Assembly: GCA_965248575.1 (NCBI GenBank)
Contig: CBDFJQ010000002.1
Span: 4,160,001-4,224,000, forward strand
Origin: Planctomycetota bacterium
GTDB taxonomy: Bacteria > Planctomycetota > B15-G4
Direction: 5' to 3'
Length of the DNA stretch: 64,000 bases
In this document: positions 17,920 to 27,664 of the stretch, piece by piece
Position numbering within the stretch: position 1 is the first letter of the stretch
Layout of the letters: every line of letters starts with the position of its first letter
Position numbers and translations under genes: made by a program
Notes under the pieces: model-generated
What the model was told of the DNA's origin: nothing
What the model saw: the letters and a program-made list of their open reading frames with translations, nothing else
The model's database searches: none

Positions 17920-19467
17920 ATGGCGCGGCTCTCCTGGAGACTGCTTGTGACTCGCGTGATGGACCGTGCCGATGACCGTGCCAGCGACCCTGTGATGGAC
18001 CGACAGGCTGCCCGTCCAGTGGGCACTCGGGCCCGTGCCCTGCGCCGATCGATCCCAGCGCTGCTGTTGGTGGGGTTCTTGGCAGCCGTGCCCGTTCCCC
18101 AGCTGCGGGCGGGAGAGCCAGCGGCAGGCTCCAGCGAACAGGACGTTATCCCGGCGAAGCCCCGTTCGTTGGTGCTCATGATCGCCGACGGTTTCGGGCC
18201 GGCCAGCCTGACCCTGGCGCGCACCGCCAGCGAGCAGCCCCTGCGCATGGACGAGATCCTTGTGGGCAGCGTGGCGACGGCCTCTGCGGACAGCCACATC
18301 ACCGACTCGGCCTCCTCAGCCACCGCTTTGGCGAGCGGCCACGACACCAACAACCGGGTGATCGGTCTGGACCCCGACGGGGCGCAGCTCGGCAACCTGA
18401 TGGAGCGCGCCCAGGCTGCGGGCCTGCTCACCGGTGTCGTCACGACCACGGCGGTGACCCACGCGACCCCCGCTGCCTTCTCCGCCCACATCATGTCGCG
18501 CGATGACGAGCAGGCCATCGCCCTGCAACAGCTCGGATGCGAGTTGGACCTGTTGCTCGGCGGCGGACAGAAGTTCTTTCTGCCGAAGCAAGAGACGCCC
18601 GGGTGGGGGTCGGGCAAGCGGCTGGACGGCCGCAACCTGCTCGACGAAGCACCGGCCCTCGGCTGGCATGTGGTGACGACTCCGCCAGCCTTGAAGGCCG
18701 CGACGGAGTTGCCGCTGCTCGGTCTGTTCACGGCGGGGCATCTCGCGTACCGCCTGGATGTGCGGGCGCGCAGCGCGCAGGGGCAGCCGTCCGAACAACC
18801 GACCCTGGCGCAGATGACGGCCAAGGCGCTGGCCCTGTTGTCTGCGCATGACGAACCGTTCGTGTTGCTGGTGGAGGGCGGGCGCATCGATCACGCCGCG
18901 CACGACAACGATGTGGCCAGCCACCTGCTGGAGATCCTCGACTACGACGCGGCACTGGGCGTCGCCCTGGACTTTGCAGCCGATGACGGGCGCACCCTGG
19001 TGGTCTCCGTCTCGGACCACGAGACCGGTGGGCTGTCCATCGGCCGGAACCGGGGTCTGGTGGGGCTGCAGAACTGGAACCCGGAGTTGCTCAGTCGCCA
19101 GACGGCCTCGCTCGAACAAATGCAGGCCCGCATGAAGGCGGGCGAGCGCGGCCTGGACGTCTTCCGCGAAGTGGGCGGCGTCCCGGACCTGGATCTGGAG
19201 GAGGCCGAACGGATCCAGAACGCCGATGCCCTCGTGCCTGGTCTCTCCCGTGCGGCCACGGAAGACCGGGCGCACAACGGCGTGATCCGGGCGCTCATGG
19301 CGCCCCTGGCGAAGCGCGCGGGGGTGGGCTGGGGGACCTTCTGGCACACCGCCGTGGACGTCCCGCTCTTCGCCGACGGGGTGGGGCGCGAGCGCTTGGT
19401 GGGGCACCACAGTCTGCGCGAGTTGGGTGTGCTGCTGCGGGAGTTGCTCGGCTTGGCCGATGGCTAG
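17920..19467 (+). CDS. phoA: Alkaline phosphatase (PhoA family)
   Basis: IADGFG, TDSASSATA, HATPA, VEGGRIDHAAH, SDHETGG and HTAVDVP motifs. True start may be ~17959 or 17995. Confidence 0.9.
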   Translation: MARLSWRLLVTRVMDRADDRASDPVMDRQAARPVGTRARALRRSIPALLLVGFLAAVPVPQLRAGEPAAGSSEQDVIPAKPRSLVLMIADGFGPASLTLARTASEQPLRMDEILVGSVATASADSHITDSASSATALASGHDTNNRVIGLDPDGAQLGNLMERAQAAGLLTGVVTTTAVTHATPAAFSAHIMSRDDEQAIALQQLGCELDLLLGGGQKFFLPKQETPGWGSGKRLDGRNLLDEAPALGWHVVTTPPALKAATELPLLGLFTAGHLAYRLDVRARSAQGQPSEQPTLAQMTAKALALLSAHDEPFVLLVEGGRIDHAAHDNDVASHLLEILDYDAALGVALDFAADDGRTLVVSVSDHETGGLSIGRNRGLVGLQNWNPELLSRQTASLEQMQARMKAGERGLDVFREVGGVPDLDLEEAERIQNADALVPGLSRAATEDRAHNGVIRALMAPLAKRAGVGWGTFWHTAVDVPLFADGVGRERLVGHHSLRELGVLLRELLGLADG

Positions 19468-19488
19468 CCGCTACGCCTGTTGTTAGCG

Positions 19489-20205
19489 CTACGCTTGGGC
19501 CAGCGCCTTCGCCAACCGGCGCACTTCCTCGACGTCGGTGCGCCCCGTTCCCAGCGACGCGGAGGCGTGCAGCTCCCGTGCCCCCGTCTCGAGCAGGATG
19601 CGGGCTGCGTCTTTCGAACGCACTCCACCGCCCGGCAGCACGATCAGTTTGTCCCCTCCGCGCTCGATCAAGCGCGACAGCACGTCGAGGGCCTCGGGAA
19701 CGCTGTCCTTTCCGCCCGACGTCAACACGCGCTCGACGCCTAGCGCCAGCAGCGTGTCGAAGGAGGCCTCGAGGTCTCGACACGCGTCGAAGGCTCGGTG
19801 AAACGTCACGCTCAGGGGACGGCTGGCTTCGATCAGGCGCGCGCAACTCTCCCGGTCGATCTCGTGCTCGGGGGTGAGCAGGCCGAAGACCACGCCTGCG
19901 GCGCCAGCGCTCTTGGCGAACTCGATGTCACGCAGCATCTGCTCCTGTTCCGCGGCATCCGACACGAAGTGCCCGGCGCGGGGGCGCACCATCACGTGCA
20001 GCGGGAGGTCGACCTGGCTCGCGATGGCTGACATCAGCGCGCTGGTCGGGGTCAGGCCATCCTGGGAGAGGTCAGCGCAGACCTCCAGGCGATCCGCCCC
20101 GCCATTCCACGCGGCTTGGGCGCTCTCGAGGGAGTCGACGCAGATCTCCAGCAGCCGCCGCGCGGGGATCGACGGTTGCCCAGCCATCGACGGTTGCGGA
20201 ACCAT
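19489..20205 (-). CDS. cutC: CutC family protein
   Basis: LEICVDS, GADRLEVC, GLTP, MVRPRAG, TFHRAFD and VLTSGG motifs. Confidence 0.92.
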   Translation of the reverse strand: MVPQPSMAGQPSIPARRLLEICVDSLESAQAAWNGGADRLEVCADLSQDGLTPTSALMSAIASQVDLPLHVMVRPRAGHFVSDAAEQEQMLRDIEFAKSAGAAGVVFGLLTPEHEIDRESCARLIEASRPLSVTFHRAFDACRDLEASFDTLLALGVERVLTSGGKDSVPEALDVLSRLIERGGDKLIVLPGGGVRSKDAARILLETGARELHASASLGTGRTDVEEVRRLAKALAQA

Positions 20206-22430
20206 CAGGCGTAGAGCGGGCCGTCGTCGAGGCCCGGCTCCAGCACGTCACCTCGCAAGCGGTCCGCGAGCCGGCCGTGGCGCGTGCCCGTGTCCACCCG
20301 ACTGATGGCGGTCTGCAGGGCCCGTTGCTCGCCCAGGACCACCAGCACCTGCTTGGCCCGGGTGAAGGCGGTGTAGACCAGGTTGCGCTTGAGCATCATG
20401 AACTGGGCGGAGAAGAGCGGCAGCAACACAGCGGGGAACTCGCTGCCCTGGCTCTTGTGGCAGGTGATGGCGTAGGCCGCTTCCAGCTGGTCGATCTGGT
20501 CGAGGCCGTACTCCACGTCGCGCCCGCCGAACATCACCGTCGCCGTGTGGCTCTCTTCGTTGAGATGAATCAGCCGGCCGATGTCGCCGTTGAAGACGTC
20601 GAGGTCGTAGTTGTTGCGCACCTGCATGACCTTGTCCCCCTCGCGGAAGAGCCGGCCGAAGCGGCTGATCTCGCTCTTGGAGCCGCTGGCCGGGTTGAGC
20701 ACCTCGCGCAAGGCCTCATTGAGCGCGATGGTGCCCACGGGGCCGCGATGCATGGGGGTCAGGACCTGCACGTCGCGCATGGGATCCAGGCCGAAGCGCT
20801 TGGGGATGCGCTGAGTGATGACGGCCGACAGGGCGTCGATGGCGCTGCGCGCGTCGTCGCGTTCGATGAAGAAGGCCTGCCCATCGGGGCGCAGATCGAA
20901 CTCGGGCATCTCGCCCTCGTTGAGCTGATGGGCGACACGCACGATGCCGGAGTGCTGCGCTTGGCGGAAGACCGTGGCCAGTCGGGCCACGGCCACGCTG
21001 CCGCTCGAGATGAAGGCACGCAGCACATCGCCCGGACCGACAGACGGCAGCTGGTCCACATCGCCGACCATCACCAGCGTGGCCGTGTCGGGCAGGGCCG
21101 CGAGCACCGCTGCCATGAGCGTGATGTCCACCATGGACATCTCGTCCACGATGAGCACATCGATCTCCAGCGGCTCTTCCTGTTGGGTGCGGTACTGGAA
21201 GCTGACGGGCGTGATGCCCAGCAGCCGGTGCAGGGTCTTGGCGTCGCCGCCCGTGGCTTCGGAGAGGCGGCGTGCCGCGCGCCCGGTGGGGGCCGCCAAG
21301 GACACGTCCCGGCCCTGCTTCTCGTACAGCTCCACGAGGCTGCGCACCAGCGTGGTCTTGCCCACGCCGGGCCCGCCCGTGATGACGGACAGCTTGTGTT
21401 CGAGGACGACCCGGATGGCAACCCGCTGGTCGTCCGAGAGCTCCATGCCGCTGCGCTCTTCGGCCCAGCTGGCGGCTGCCTCCGGGTCCAGGCTCGTGGC
21501 CAGGGGGCCGCCGGTCTGCAGGCGCGTCACGTGCTGGGCGACCTGGATCTCTGCGTCCCGCAGCTCCGGCCGATAGATCAGCCCGTCTTGGACCAGCCTT
21601 CCGTCAGCGAGGCAGTTGGCCAGCTCTTGCTCGACGGGGATCTGGTCCAGTTCGAGAAAGGGCGTCGCCTTCTCCACGATCATCTCGGGCGGCAGGCCCA
21701 CGTGTCCTTCGAGGGCGGCGCGCCCCAGGAGATGGGTCAGCCCGGCCGCGATGCGAAAGGGGGAGTCCGGTTCGTGGCCGAGGCTCTGGGCGACACCGTC
21801 GGCCGTGCGGAAGCCAATGCCGAACACGTCCTCGGCCAGGCGGTACGGGTTGCTGCGCACGACCTCCACCGTCTCCGAGCCGAACTGCTTGTAGACCTTC
21901 AGGGCGTGGGCCGCCCCCAGGCCATGCTCCTGCAGGTAGACGAGGGCGGCGGAGGACTCGCGCATTTCGACCAGCTGGGCAACGATGGTGCTGGCCTTGC
22001 CGCTGCTGATGCCCGGTACCGTGGCCAGCAAGGTGGGTGAGCGTTCGAGGCGCTGCAAGACGTCCAGGCCGAGGGCGTCGACGATCTTCTCGGCGGTCTT
22101 GGGGCCGACGCCCTTGATGCGCCCGCCACCCAGGAACTTGATCAGGCCCCTGCGGCCGCTGGGCATGCGCACCTCGCAGGAGGTCACGCTCAACTGCCGG
22201 CCGTATTGGGGGTGGTCGATCCAGCTGCCCGTGATGGACAAGCTGTCGCCGATCTCCACGCCCGGCATGACGCCCACCAGCGTCAGCGGGGCGTCGTGTT
22301 CGTCCGCGTCGAAGCGCGCGACCGTGTAGCCGTTCTCTTCGTTCCGGAAGGTGATCCCCGCCAGGCTCCCGTCGATGCGGGCGTCGCCGTCGCTGGGCTT
22401 CGGGGCGGGGAAGGGAAGGGGGTCGCTCAT
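20205..22430 (-). CDS. recD2: ATP-dependent RecD2-like DNA helicase
   Basis: N-terminal FRNEENGYTV and HhH domains, GGPGVGKT, DEMSM, GDVDQLPSVG and YAITCHKSQGSE motifs. Confidence 0.93.
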   Translation of the reverse strand: MSDPLPFPAPKPSDGDARIDGSLAGITFRNEENGYTVARFDADEHDAPLTLVGVMPGVEIGDSLSITGSWIDHPQYGRQLSVTSCEVRMPSGRRGLIKFLGGGRIKGVGPKTAEKIVDALGLDVLQRLERSPTLLATVPGISSGKASTIVAQLVEMRESSAALVYLQEHGLGAAHALKVYKQFGSETVEVVRSNPYRLAEDVFGIGFRTADGVAQSLGHEPDSPFRIAAGLTHLLGRAALEGHVGLPPEMIVEKATPFLELDQIPVEQELANCLADGRLVQDGLIYRPELRDAEIQVAQHVTRLQTGGPLATSLDPEAAASWAEERSGMELSDDQRVAIRVVLEHKLSVITGGPGVGKTTLVRSLVELYEKQGRDVSLAAPTGRAARRLSEATGGDAKTLHRLLGITPVSFQYRTQQEEPLEIDVLIVDEMSMVDITLMAAVLAALPDTATLVMVGDVDQLPSVGPGDVLRAFISSGSVAVARLATVFRQAQHSGIVRVAHQLNEGEMPEFDLRPDGQAFFIERDDARSAIDALSAVITQRIPKRFGLDPMRDVQVLTPMHRGPVGTIALNEALREVLNPASGSKSEISRFGRLFREGDKVMQVRNNYDLDVFNGDIGRLIHLNEESHTATVMFGGRDVEYGLDQIDQLEAAYAITCHKSQGSEFPAVLLPLFSAQFMMLKRNLVYTAFTRAKQVLVVLGEQRALQTAISRVDTGTRHGRLADRLRGDVLEPGLDDGPLYA

Positions 22431-22468
22431 GTCGAGCGGCAAGACTAACCCGGCCTTCTGGCCTCGAT

Positions 22469-23203
22469 CTACTTCGAGCCGGGCAGATAGGTGTCCAGCA
22501 GGCCGGCCATGACATCGACCGAGAGCGGATGCTGTGAGTCGAGCGGGAATCCCTGCCAGCGAACGATGCCGGAGGGATCGATCAGCACGGCGTGGGGGAT
22601 GCCTTGAACGCCGATCGCGTCGTGCATGCGCTCCTTGCGGTCGATGGCGCTGAAGTATTCCATCGAGGGGGTCTCGTCCTGATCGTCGGCGTGCATGGCC
22701 AGCACCTTGGCGGCCGGCTCAGACGACAAACCCACCACCACCAGCCGGTCGGCAAAGGCCTCTTGCAGCGCGTTCAGCTCTGGGATCGCTTCCCGGCAGT
22801 CCGGGCACCAGGTGGCCCAGAAGTCGACCAACACCATCTTGCCGTCGAAGTCCGGGACCGAGCTCAGCCATTCACTGACCCAGAGTTCCGGCGCCGGTTG
22901 GTTGATCAGCACCTTGGATGCGAAGTACTTCTTGTCTGGGACAGGTGCCAGGGGCAGCGCAGCGGTGGATCCCGTCTCGGGTTGGCCGGGGGCCGCCTCG
23001 CCGGTGCCCCAGGCGTAGCTCCAATCGGAGCTCCCAGCGGAGGCAGAGGCGGCATCGTGAGCGTCAGCAGGCGAACAGCCGGTTCCCAGCAGACTGCCCA
23101 GGAACACGCCCACCATCAGGGCTGCAAGCGTGGCAGGGCGCGTGAGGCTGCGGCTCAGGTGGCTGAGCGTCGAACGGAGGGAGAAGGCTCTGGGCTGTGT
23201 CAT
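22469..23203 (-). CDS. TlpA-family thioredoxin-like disulfide reductase, lipoprotein
   Basis: VDFWATWCPDC and GIP motifs; GTGC lipobox. Confidence 0.85.
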   Translation of the reverse strand: MTQPRAFSLRSTLSHLSRSLTRPATLAALMVGVFLGSLLGTGCSPADAHDAASASAGSSDWSYAWGTGEAAPGQPETGSTAALPLAPVPDKKYFASKVLINQPAPELWVSEWLSSVPDFDGKMVLVDFWATWCPDCREAIPELNALQEAFADRLVVVGLSSEPAAKVLAMHADDQDETPSMEYFSAIDRKERMHDAIGVQGIPHAVLIDPSGIVRWQGFPLDSQHPLSVDVMAGLLDTYLPGSK

Positions 23204-23299
23204 GGGGCTGCTCCTGTGGCTGGCCGGCGGATGACCGGTTCGCTCCCCAATGGATGCCGCCCGGAGACTGGAGGTGACAGCGCCAGGCCCCGGGGGGGC

Positions 23300-24697
23300 T
23301 TAGAGGCCCACGTTGATGATCGGCAGCCAGCGAGCCCAGCTCGGGTTTTGCTCGACGTGGTTCATCAAGCCGATCTGGATGCCGTGCAGGTCCCCCGCGT
23401 GGTTGAAGAGGCCGATGCTGATCCCGGTCTGCTTGCCGGTGGCCCGGTTCACCGCGCCGACGTTCAGGCCATGCATGGATTCGCAGCCGGTGTAGAGGCC
23501 GCCGATCGTCAATCCGTAGAGCTCGTCGGCATGCACCGCGAGGCCGGCCAGGTTGATGCCCCGCATCGTGTGCTCGGCCACGGTGGCCAGGCCCGCGATG
23601 TTGAAGCCGCGCATGGAGCCGTCCGTGACGCTGGCGAGGCCAGCGACGTTGATGCCGGCCATGTCGCCGTCCGAGACCGTGGCCAGCCCGGCCAGGTTGA
23701 TCCCGCGCATGCTCCGGTCAGCCACGACTGCCAAGCCGGCGATGTGCACGCCCACCATGGAACCGTCGGACACGGTGGCGAGTCCGCCAATCTGGATGCC
23801 CTTCATGGAGCTGTCGGACACAGCCGCCAGCCCACCGAGCTGGATGCCCGTCATGTTGCCCTCCGACACCGCGGCCAAGCCACCCAACTGGACGCCGGTC
23901 ATGTTGTCGTCGCAAACCGTCGCCAGGCCGCTGAGCTGCACGCCTGTCATGCCATCGTCGGCCACGGTCGCCAGCCCGCTGGCCCCGATGCCCGCCATGC
24001 GGCCCTGGCTCACGGACGCGAGCCCACTGGCGAAGAGGCCCGTCAGTTGGTCTCCCGCGTACACGCCCAAGCCAGCCGCGGAAACGCCCTGCACCGTGCC
24101 AAGGCCGCCGACGGTGAGCGCGCTGAGCTGGATGCCCTGCAGCGAGTCGCCGCCCCAGACACTGCCCAGGGCCGCCTGGATGCCCTGCACCGAGTCGGTC
24201 CCGATGACTGCCAGGCCGCCGACGCTGATGCCTCTGAGATCCCGGCCGATGGGCGCCGCCAGCCCGAAGGACAGCCCGGTGAGCTGCGTGTCGAACGGTC
24301 CGCCCGCAGGCAGCAGGGTGATGTTGACGCCCTTGACCGCTTCCACGCCCCAATCCCGAAGGTTGAAGCGCAGGCCCTTCCAGCGCTTGGAGTTGCCGAA
24401 GCTGATGCCGCTGCCGTTGGCGCCCAGGTCGAGGCTGCCCCAGTCCTTGCCCCATTCCGAAGCGGAGTGGAACCAGGTGCCGGCAAACCAGCGCTGGTCG
24501 ACGAGTTCGTCGTCTTCGTCATCCTCGTGCTCGTCGTCGTGGTCTCCGTGCTCGTGCTCGTGCTCATGTTCGTCCTCGTGCTCATGCTCATGCTCGGGGC
24601 TTGGCGGGGCGTCCTGCAGAAGCAGCGAGGCGGCAACGGGATGGCCCCACGAAAGGAGCATCAGCAGGGCGAGGCAAGTTGCAGCAGGAGGGAACAT
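23300..24697 (-). CDS. Exported 16-aa-repeat beta-solenoid protein (LA_2272-like) with His/Glu-rich linker
   Basis: Signal peptide; EHEHEHEDEHEHEHEHGDHDDEH tract; tandem GIQLGGLAAVSDSSMK-type repeats; C-terminal LPIINVGL. Confidence 0.75.
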   Translation of the reverse strand: MFPPAATCLALLMLLSWGHPVAASLLLQDAPPSPEHEHEHEDEHEHEHEHGDHDDEHEDDEDDELVDQRWFAGTWFHSASEWGKDWGSLDLGANGSGISFGNSKRWKGLRFNLRDWGVEAVKGVNITLLPAGGPFDTQLTGLSFGLAAPIGRDLRGISVGGLAVIGTDSVQGIQAALGSVWGGDSLQGIQLSALTVGGLGTVQGVSAAGLGVYAGDQLTGLFASGLASVSQGRMAGIGASGLATVADDGMTGVQLSGLATVCDDNMTGVQLGGLAAVSEGNMTGIQLGGLAAVSDSSMKGIQIGGLATVSDGSMVGVHIAGLAVVADRSMRGINLAGLATVSDGDMAGINVAGLASVTDGSMRGFNIAGLATVAEHTMRGINLAGLAVHADELYGLTIGGLYTGCESMHGLNVGAVNRATGKQTGISIGLFNHAGDLHGIQIGLMNHVEQNPSWARWLPIINVGL

Positions 24698-24749
24698 GCA
24701 GGGTCTCTCTTTGGGCCTGGAAGGTCAGGCGGCCTGAAGGGTCGAGTTT

Positions 24750-25631
24750 CTAGAGGCTGTGGGGCGAAGGCCTGGGGCGTAACGGAATCTGCGTGTCCGC
24801 GATGACGCTGTCGAGCACTTCGAGGATCTCGTCTTTCTGACGCGGCAGGATTCCTCCGATCGGGAGGGAATTGCTCGCGTGGTTGCCGCGGTAGACCGTG
24901 CGGTTCACATCCATGTGTTCCACCATGGTGCGCAGCTCTTGAAGGATGCCGCGGTCATCGGGGAGCACGATCCGGCCCGCCTCGACCTCTTCATGGAACT
25001 TGGTGCCCGGCACCGGAGTGATCGTGAGCGTGGAGACGAAGCGCGGATTCATGGCGGAGACGATGCGCCCGGACTCCACCGCGTGTTCGTGGCTGAGAGC
25101 CGTCCCTCCGATGCCCAGCAGCATGATCACCGACAGCTTGGCGCCGGCGTCCGTGACCCGGCTGGCGGCGTCCACCATCTGCTCGGGTGTGACGCCCTTG
25201 GCGATCATCTCCATCACCTCGGGGTGGCCCGTCTCGGTGCCCAGATAGAAGAGGCGCAAGCCGGCCTCCTTGAGCTGGACGATCTCCTCCACGCTCTTGC
25301 CCAGCAGCGACTGGGGCGAGGCGTAGACGGAGGAGAATTGATAATTGGGGAAGTGATCGCGGATGTCCTGCAGCAGCTCCAGCAAGCGCGGGGTGCGCAT
25401 GATCAGCGCGTCGCCGTCGGCCAGGAAGACGCGGCGAATGGAGCCGGCGCCCAGCTGCCGCTGGGCCAGCGCCATGTCCTCGAGCAGGTCCTCCCGGCTG
25501 CGCTGCCTGAAGCGCTTTTCCAGGTACATGGCGCAGTAGGTGCAGCGGTTGTAGGAGCAGCCGATGGTGGCCTGGAGAATCAGGCTGTCGGCTTCGCTCG
25601 GGGGCCGGTAGACGGTGCCTTCGTATCGCAT
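24750..25631 (-). CDS. Radical SAM protein
   Basis: YRPPSE...GCSYNRCTYC (CxxxCxxC), FLADGDAL and NHASN motifs. Confidence 0.9.
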   Translation of the reverse strand: MRYEGTVYRPPSEADSLILQATIGCSYNRCTYCAMYLEKRFRQRSREDLLEDMALAQRQLGAGSIRRVFLADGDALIMRTPRLLELLQDIRDHFPNYQFSSVYASPQSLLGKSVEEIVQLKEAGLRLFYLGTETGHPEVMEMIAKGVTPEQMVDAASRVTDAGAKLSVIMLLGIGGTALSHEHAVESGRIVSAMNPRFVSTLTITPVPGTKFHEEVEAGRIVLPDDRGILQELRTMVEHMDVNRTVYRGNHASNSLPIGGILPRQKDEILEVLDSVIADTQIPLRPRPSPHSL

Positions 25632-25835
25632 GCCGGCATCCTAACCGGCGTCTGAGGCGGCTCCTGTGAGTCTAGGACGACTTGGAAGGACGGCAGCATG
25701 AGGGCAATCGAGGCCGGCGAGCGCCTGCCAGGGCCTTGCCAGAGAGAGGGGAAGCCGAGGATGATCTTCGGCCCAGCTCACGTTCGTGCCGAATGCAACG
25801 TTGTTCTGTGGCTCGAAACCCCCTCGGATGGACCC

Positions 25836-27653
25836 ATGTCTGCCTTGATCCTGACCCTCGCCGTGATGCTCTCCACCAGCCTTCAGACGGGGGCAGAGAA
25901 CCCGGGCAGCGATTGGGGGAGCGCCCACTTCAGCCCCTCCACCCTCATGCTTGGGGGCTACGGGGACATGCTGAGCGGGAGCTGGAGTCGTGAGGGCGTC
26001 CTGGACAGCGGCCAGGTCATGGCTCGCTTCGTCTCCATGCCTGAGGCGACACCGCTGGAGCTCACGAACCTGAAGTATGGGAAGGGCCCCCAGCTCTGGG
26101 CCGAAGCCGAGGGCATGATCGGTGACGTCGAGTTCCGGTCCGTGGCCTTGGGAATCCCCCAGACAGCGCAGGGCGACAAGCGCCTGATCCTGGCCAGCCA
26201 GATACGTCTGGTGAACCCCACATCGGCGCCTGTCCAGGTGCAGCTCGGGGCGGAGCTGTTCGCTTCCCACGACTCCCGGATCCACGGATCCGTAGCTTTC
26301 GAGACCGGTGCGACCTGGACCCTGGACGGTCGCACGCTGCTCAAGGACGGCCGGGCGGCGGCCGGTTGGGTGGGGCCGACGCCGCAGGTGGAGTTGGCGG
26401 CGTCCGCGGATGAACCCGGCGACCCGGCTGCGACCTTCGTCTGGACTCTCGACATCCCAGCGGGTGGCACGACCTTCTTGGAGATCAAGTTGGCCGGCAA
26501 TCCCCCGTCTGATGCATCAGGCGATGCCCAGGACGAGGCGGCCTGGCGTGCCGTCTTTGATCGTCGGGCCTATGCCTATCTGGAGGAGTCGGACCGCTGG
26601 CGCAGCCAGAGTCGCGGGCGCGTGACGACCATGGAGTTCCGTTCGGACATGATGCTGCGCGTTCTGGGCAGCAGTGTGCACACGCTGCGGCAGCAGGGTC
26701 AGGCAGGGAAGTTCCAAGCGGAGCAGTTTTCGGACAACCCCTATGGTGCGCCCGCCACGGACGTAGCGGCGGAGGCAGAGATCCTTGCGGCGCTTACGGA
26801 GTTCGGACTCGAAGAGTTCATTTCGGACTATGTCGCTCGCATGCTCGGCGAGATTCCCCAAGCCTTGGCCACCCTCGACGACGAGCGCAAGGTGGTGTAC
26901 CTGCACTCCTTGGCGCGCATCGTGCGCTTGCACCCCCTGACGATGGGCAGTCCGGAGCTCGCCCAAGCGATTGTCGCGCTGGGAGACCCCGACGTCGCCG
27001 TGGAGCCGTGGCACGATCCGCGCGTCGTGCGCCAGGACATGCTCGGCGTCGTCGCGGCGCTCGGCTTGCCCACGGAGGGCTTGCTGTCGCGCTTGCGCTG
27101 GCCCGAGTTGGAGGAAGGCTCGGTTGCTCACCTGATGCAATCCGCACGCAGGGCGATCGCAAAGCGCGAAGGTGATGTGGCGTGGGTCGCCATGCAACAG
27201 CTGTTCAAGGCGGCGACCACGGACGGCATGGGCAGCATGGACGGTCGCAACATCGACGGCCGCTACGCCCTGGGCATGCTGGCCGTGGGTCGGGCGGCGC
27301 TCATCGATGACCACGGTGATTCTCTCAACCTCTTTCCTGGTAATTGCAGTGGTCTCGTGACGCGCGGTACGCAGATGGACACCACATGGATGCGCACGGC
27401 CTTCGGGCTTGTGAGAGGACGCTCGTACTTCACCGGCAAGGCGCTCGCGGGTGCCTGGATCCTGTTCAAGCCCGAGATCCGACCCGAGCGGATGACGGTG
27501 ACGTTCCCGGCGGGGCTCCACGTGCGCAACATCAAGGGCTCTGCCGATGAATCGGATGTGGAACTCGTCGGCGATCGCCTGGCGGAGATCCACTGGCCCG
27601 AAGTCATCGGCGGTCCCGGGGTTCGCTTCCTGGCCCGGGTGACGGATCTCTAG
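25836..27653 (+). CDS. Exported hypothetical protein
   Basis: Long ORF with GC-rich third positions; signal peptide from ATG 25836; first gene of a closely packed run leading to gltX. Confidence 0.6.
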   Translation: MSALILTLAVMLSTSLQTGAENPGSDWGSAHFSPSTLMLGGYGDMLSGSWSREGVLDSGQVMARFVSMPEATPLELTNLKYGKGPQLWAEAEGMIGDVEFRSVALGIPQTAQGDKRLILASQIRLVNPTSAPVQVQLGAELFASHDSRIHGSVAFETGATWTLDGRTLLKDGRAAAGWVGPTPQVELAASADEPGDPAATFVWTLDIPAGGTTFLEIKLAGNPPSDASGDAQDEAAWRAVFDRRAYAYLEESDRWRSQSRGRVTTMEFRSDMMLRVLGSSVHTLRQQGQAGKFQAEQFSDNPYGAPATDVAAEAEILAALTEFGLEEFISDYVARMLGEIPQALATLDDERKVVYLHSLARIVRLHPLTMGSPELAQAIVALGDPDVAVEPWHDPRVVRQDMLGVVAALGLPTEGLLSRLRWPELEEGSVAHLMQSARRAIAKREGDVAWVAMQQLFKAATTDGMGSMDGRNIDGRYALGMLAVGRAALIDDHGDSLNLFPGNCSGLVTRGTQMDTTWMRTAFGLVRGRSYFTGKALAGAWILFKPEIRPERMTVTFPAGLHVRNIKGSADESDVELVGDRLAEIHWPEVIGGPGVRFLARVTDL

Positions 27654-27664
27654 AGGTTCGTCAC

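Noticed and set aside
23400..24300. Periodic 48-bp repeats (and the 213-bp repeats at 37540-38400) as a CRISPR array
   Set aside because: Repeats are in-frame, degenerate at third codon positions and lack unique spacers; no cas genes.
22592..24805. 737-aa plus-strand ORF and similar long antisense ORFs (20277-22040, 29507-31363, 37313-38965, 40781-42589, 57394-59532)
   Set aside because: Typical high-GC antisense shadows of well-supported genes on the opposite strand.
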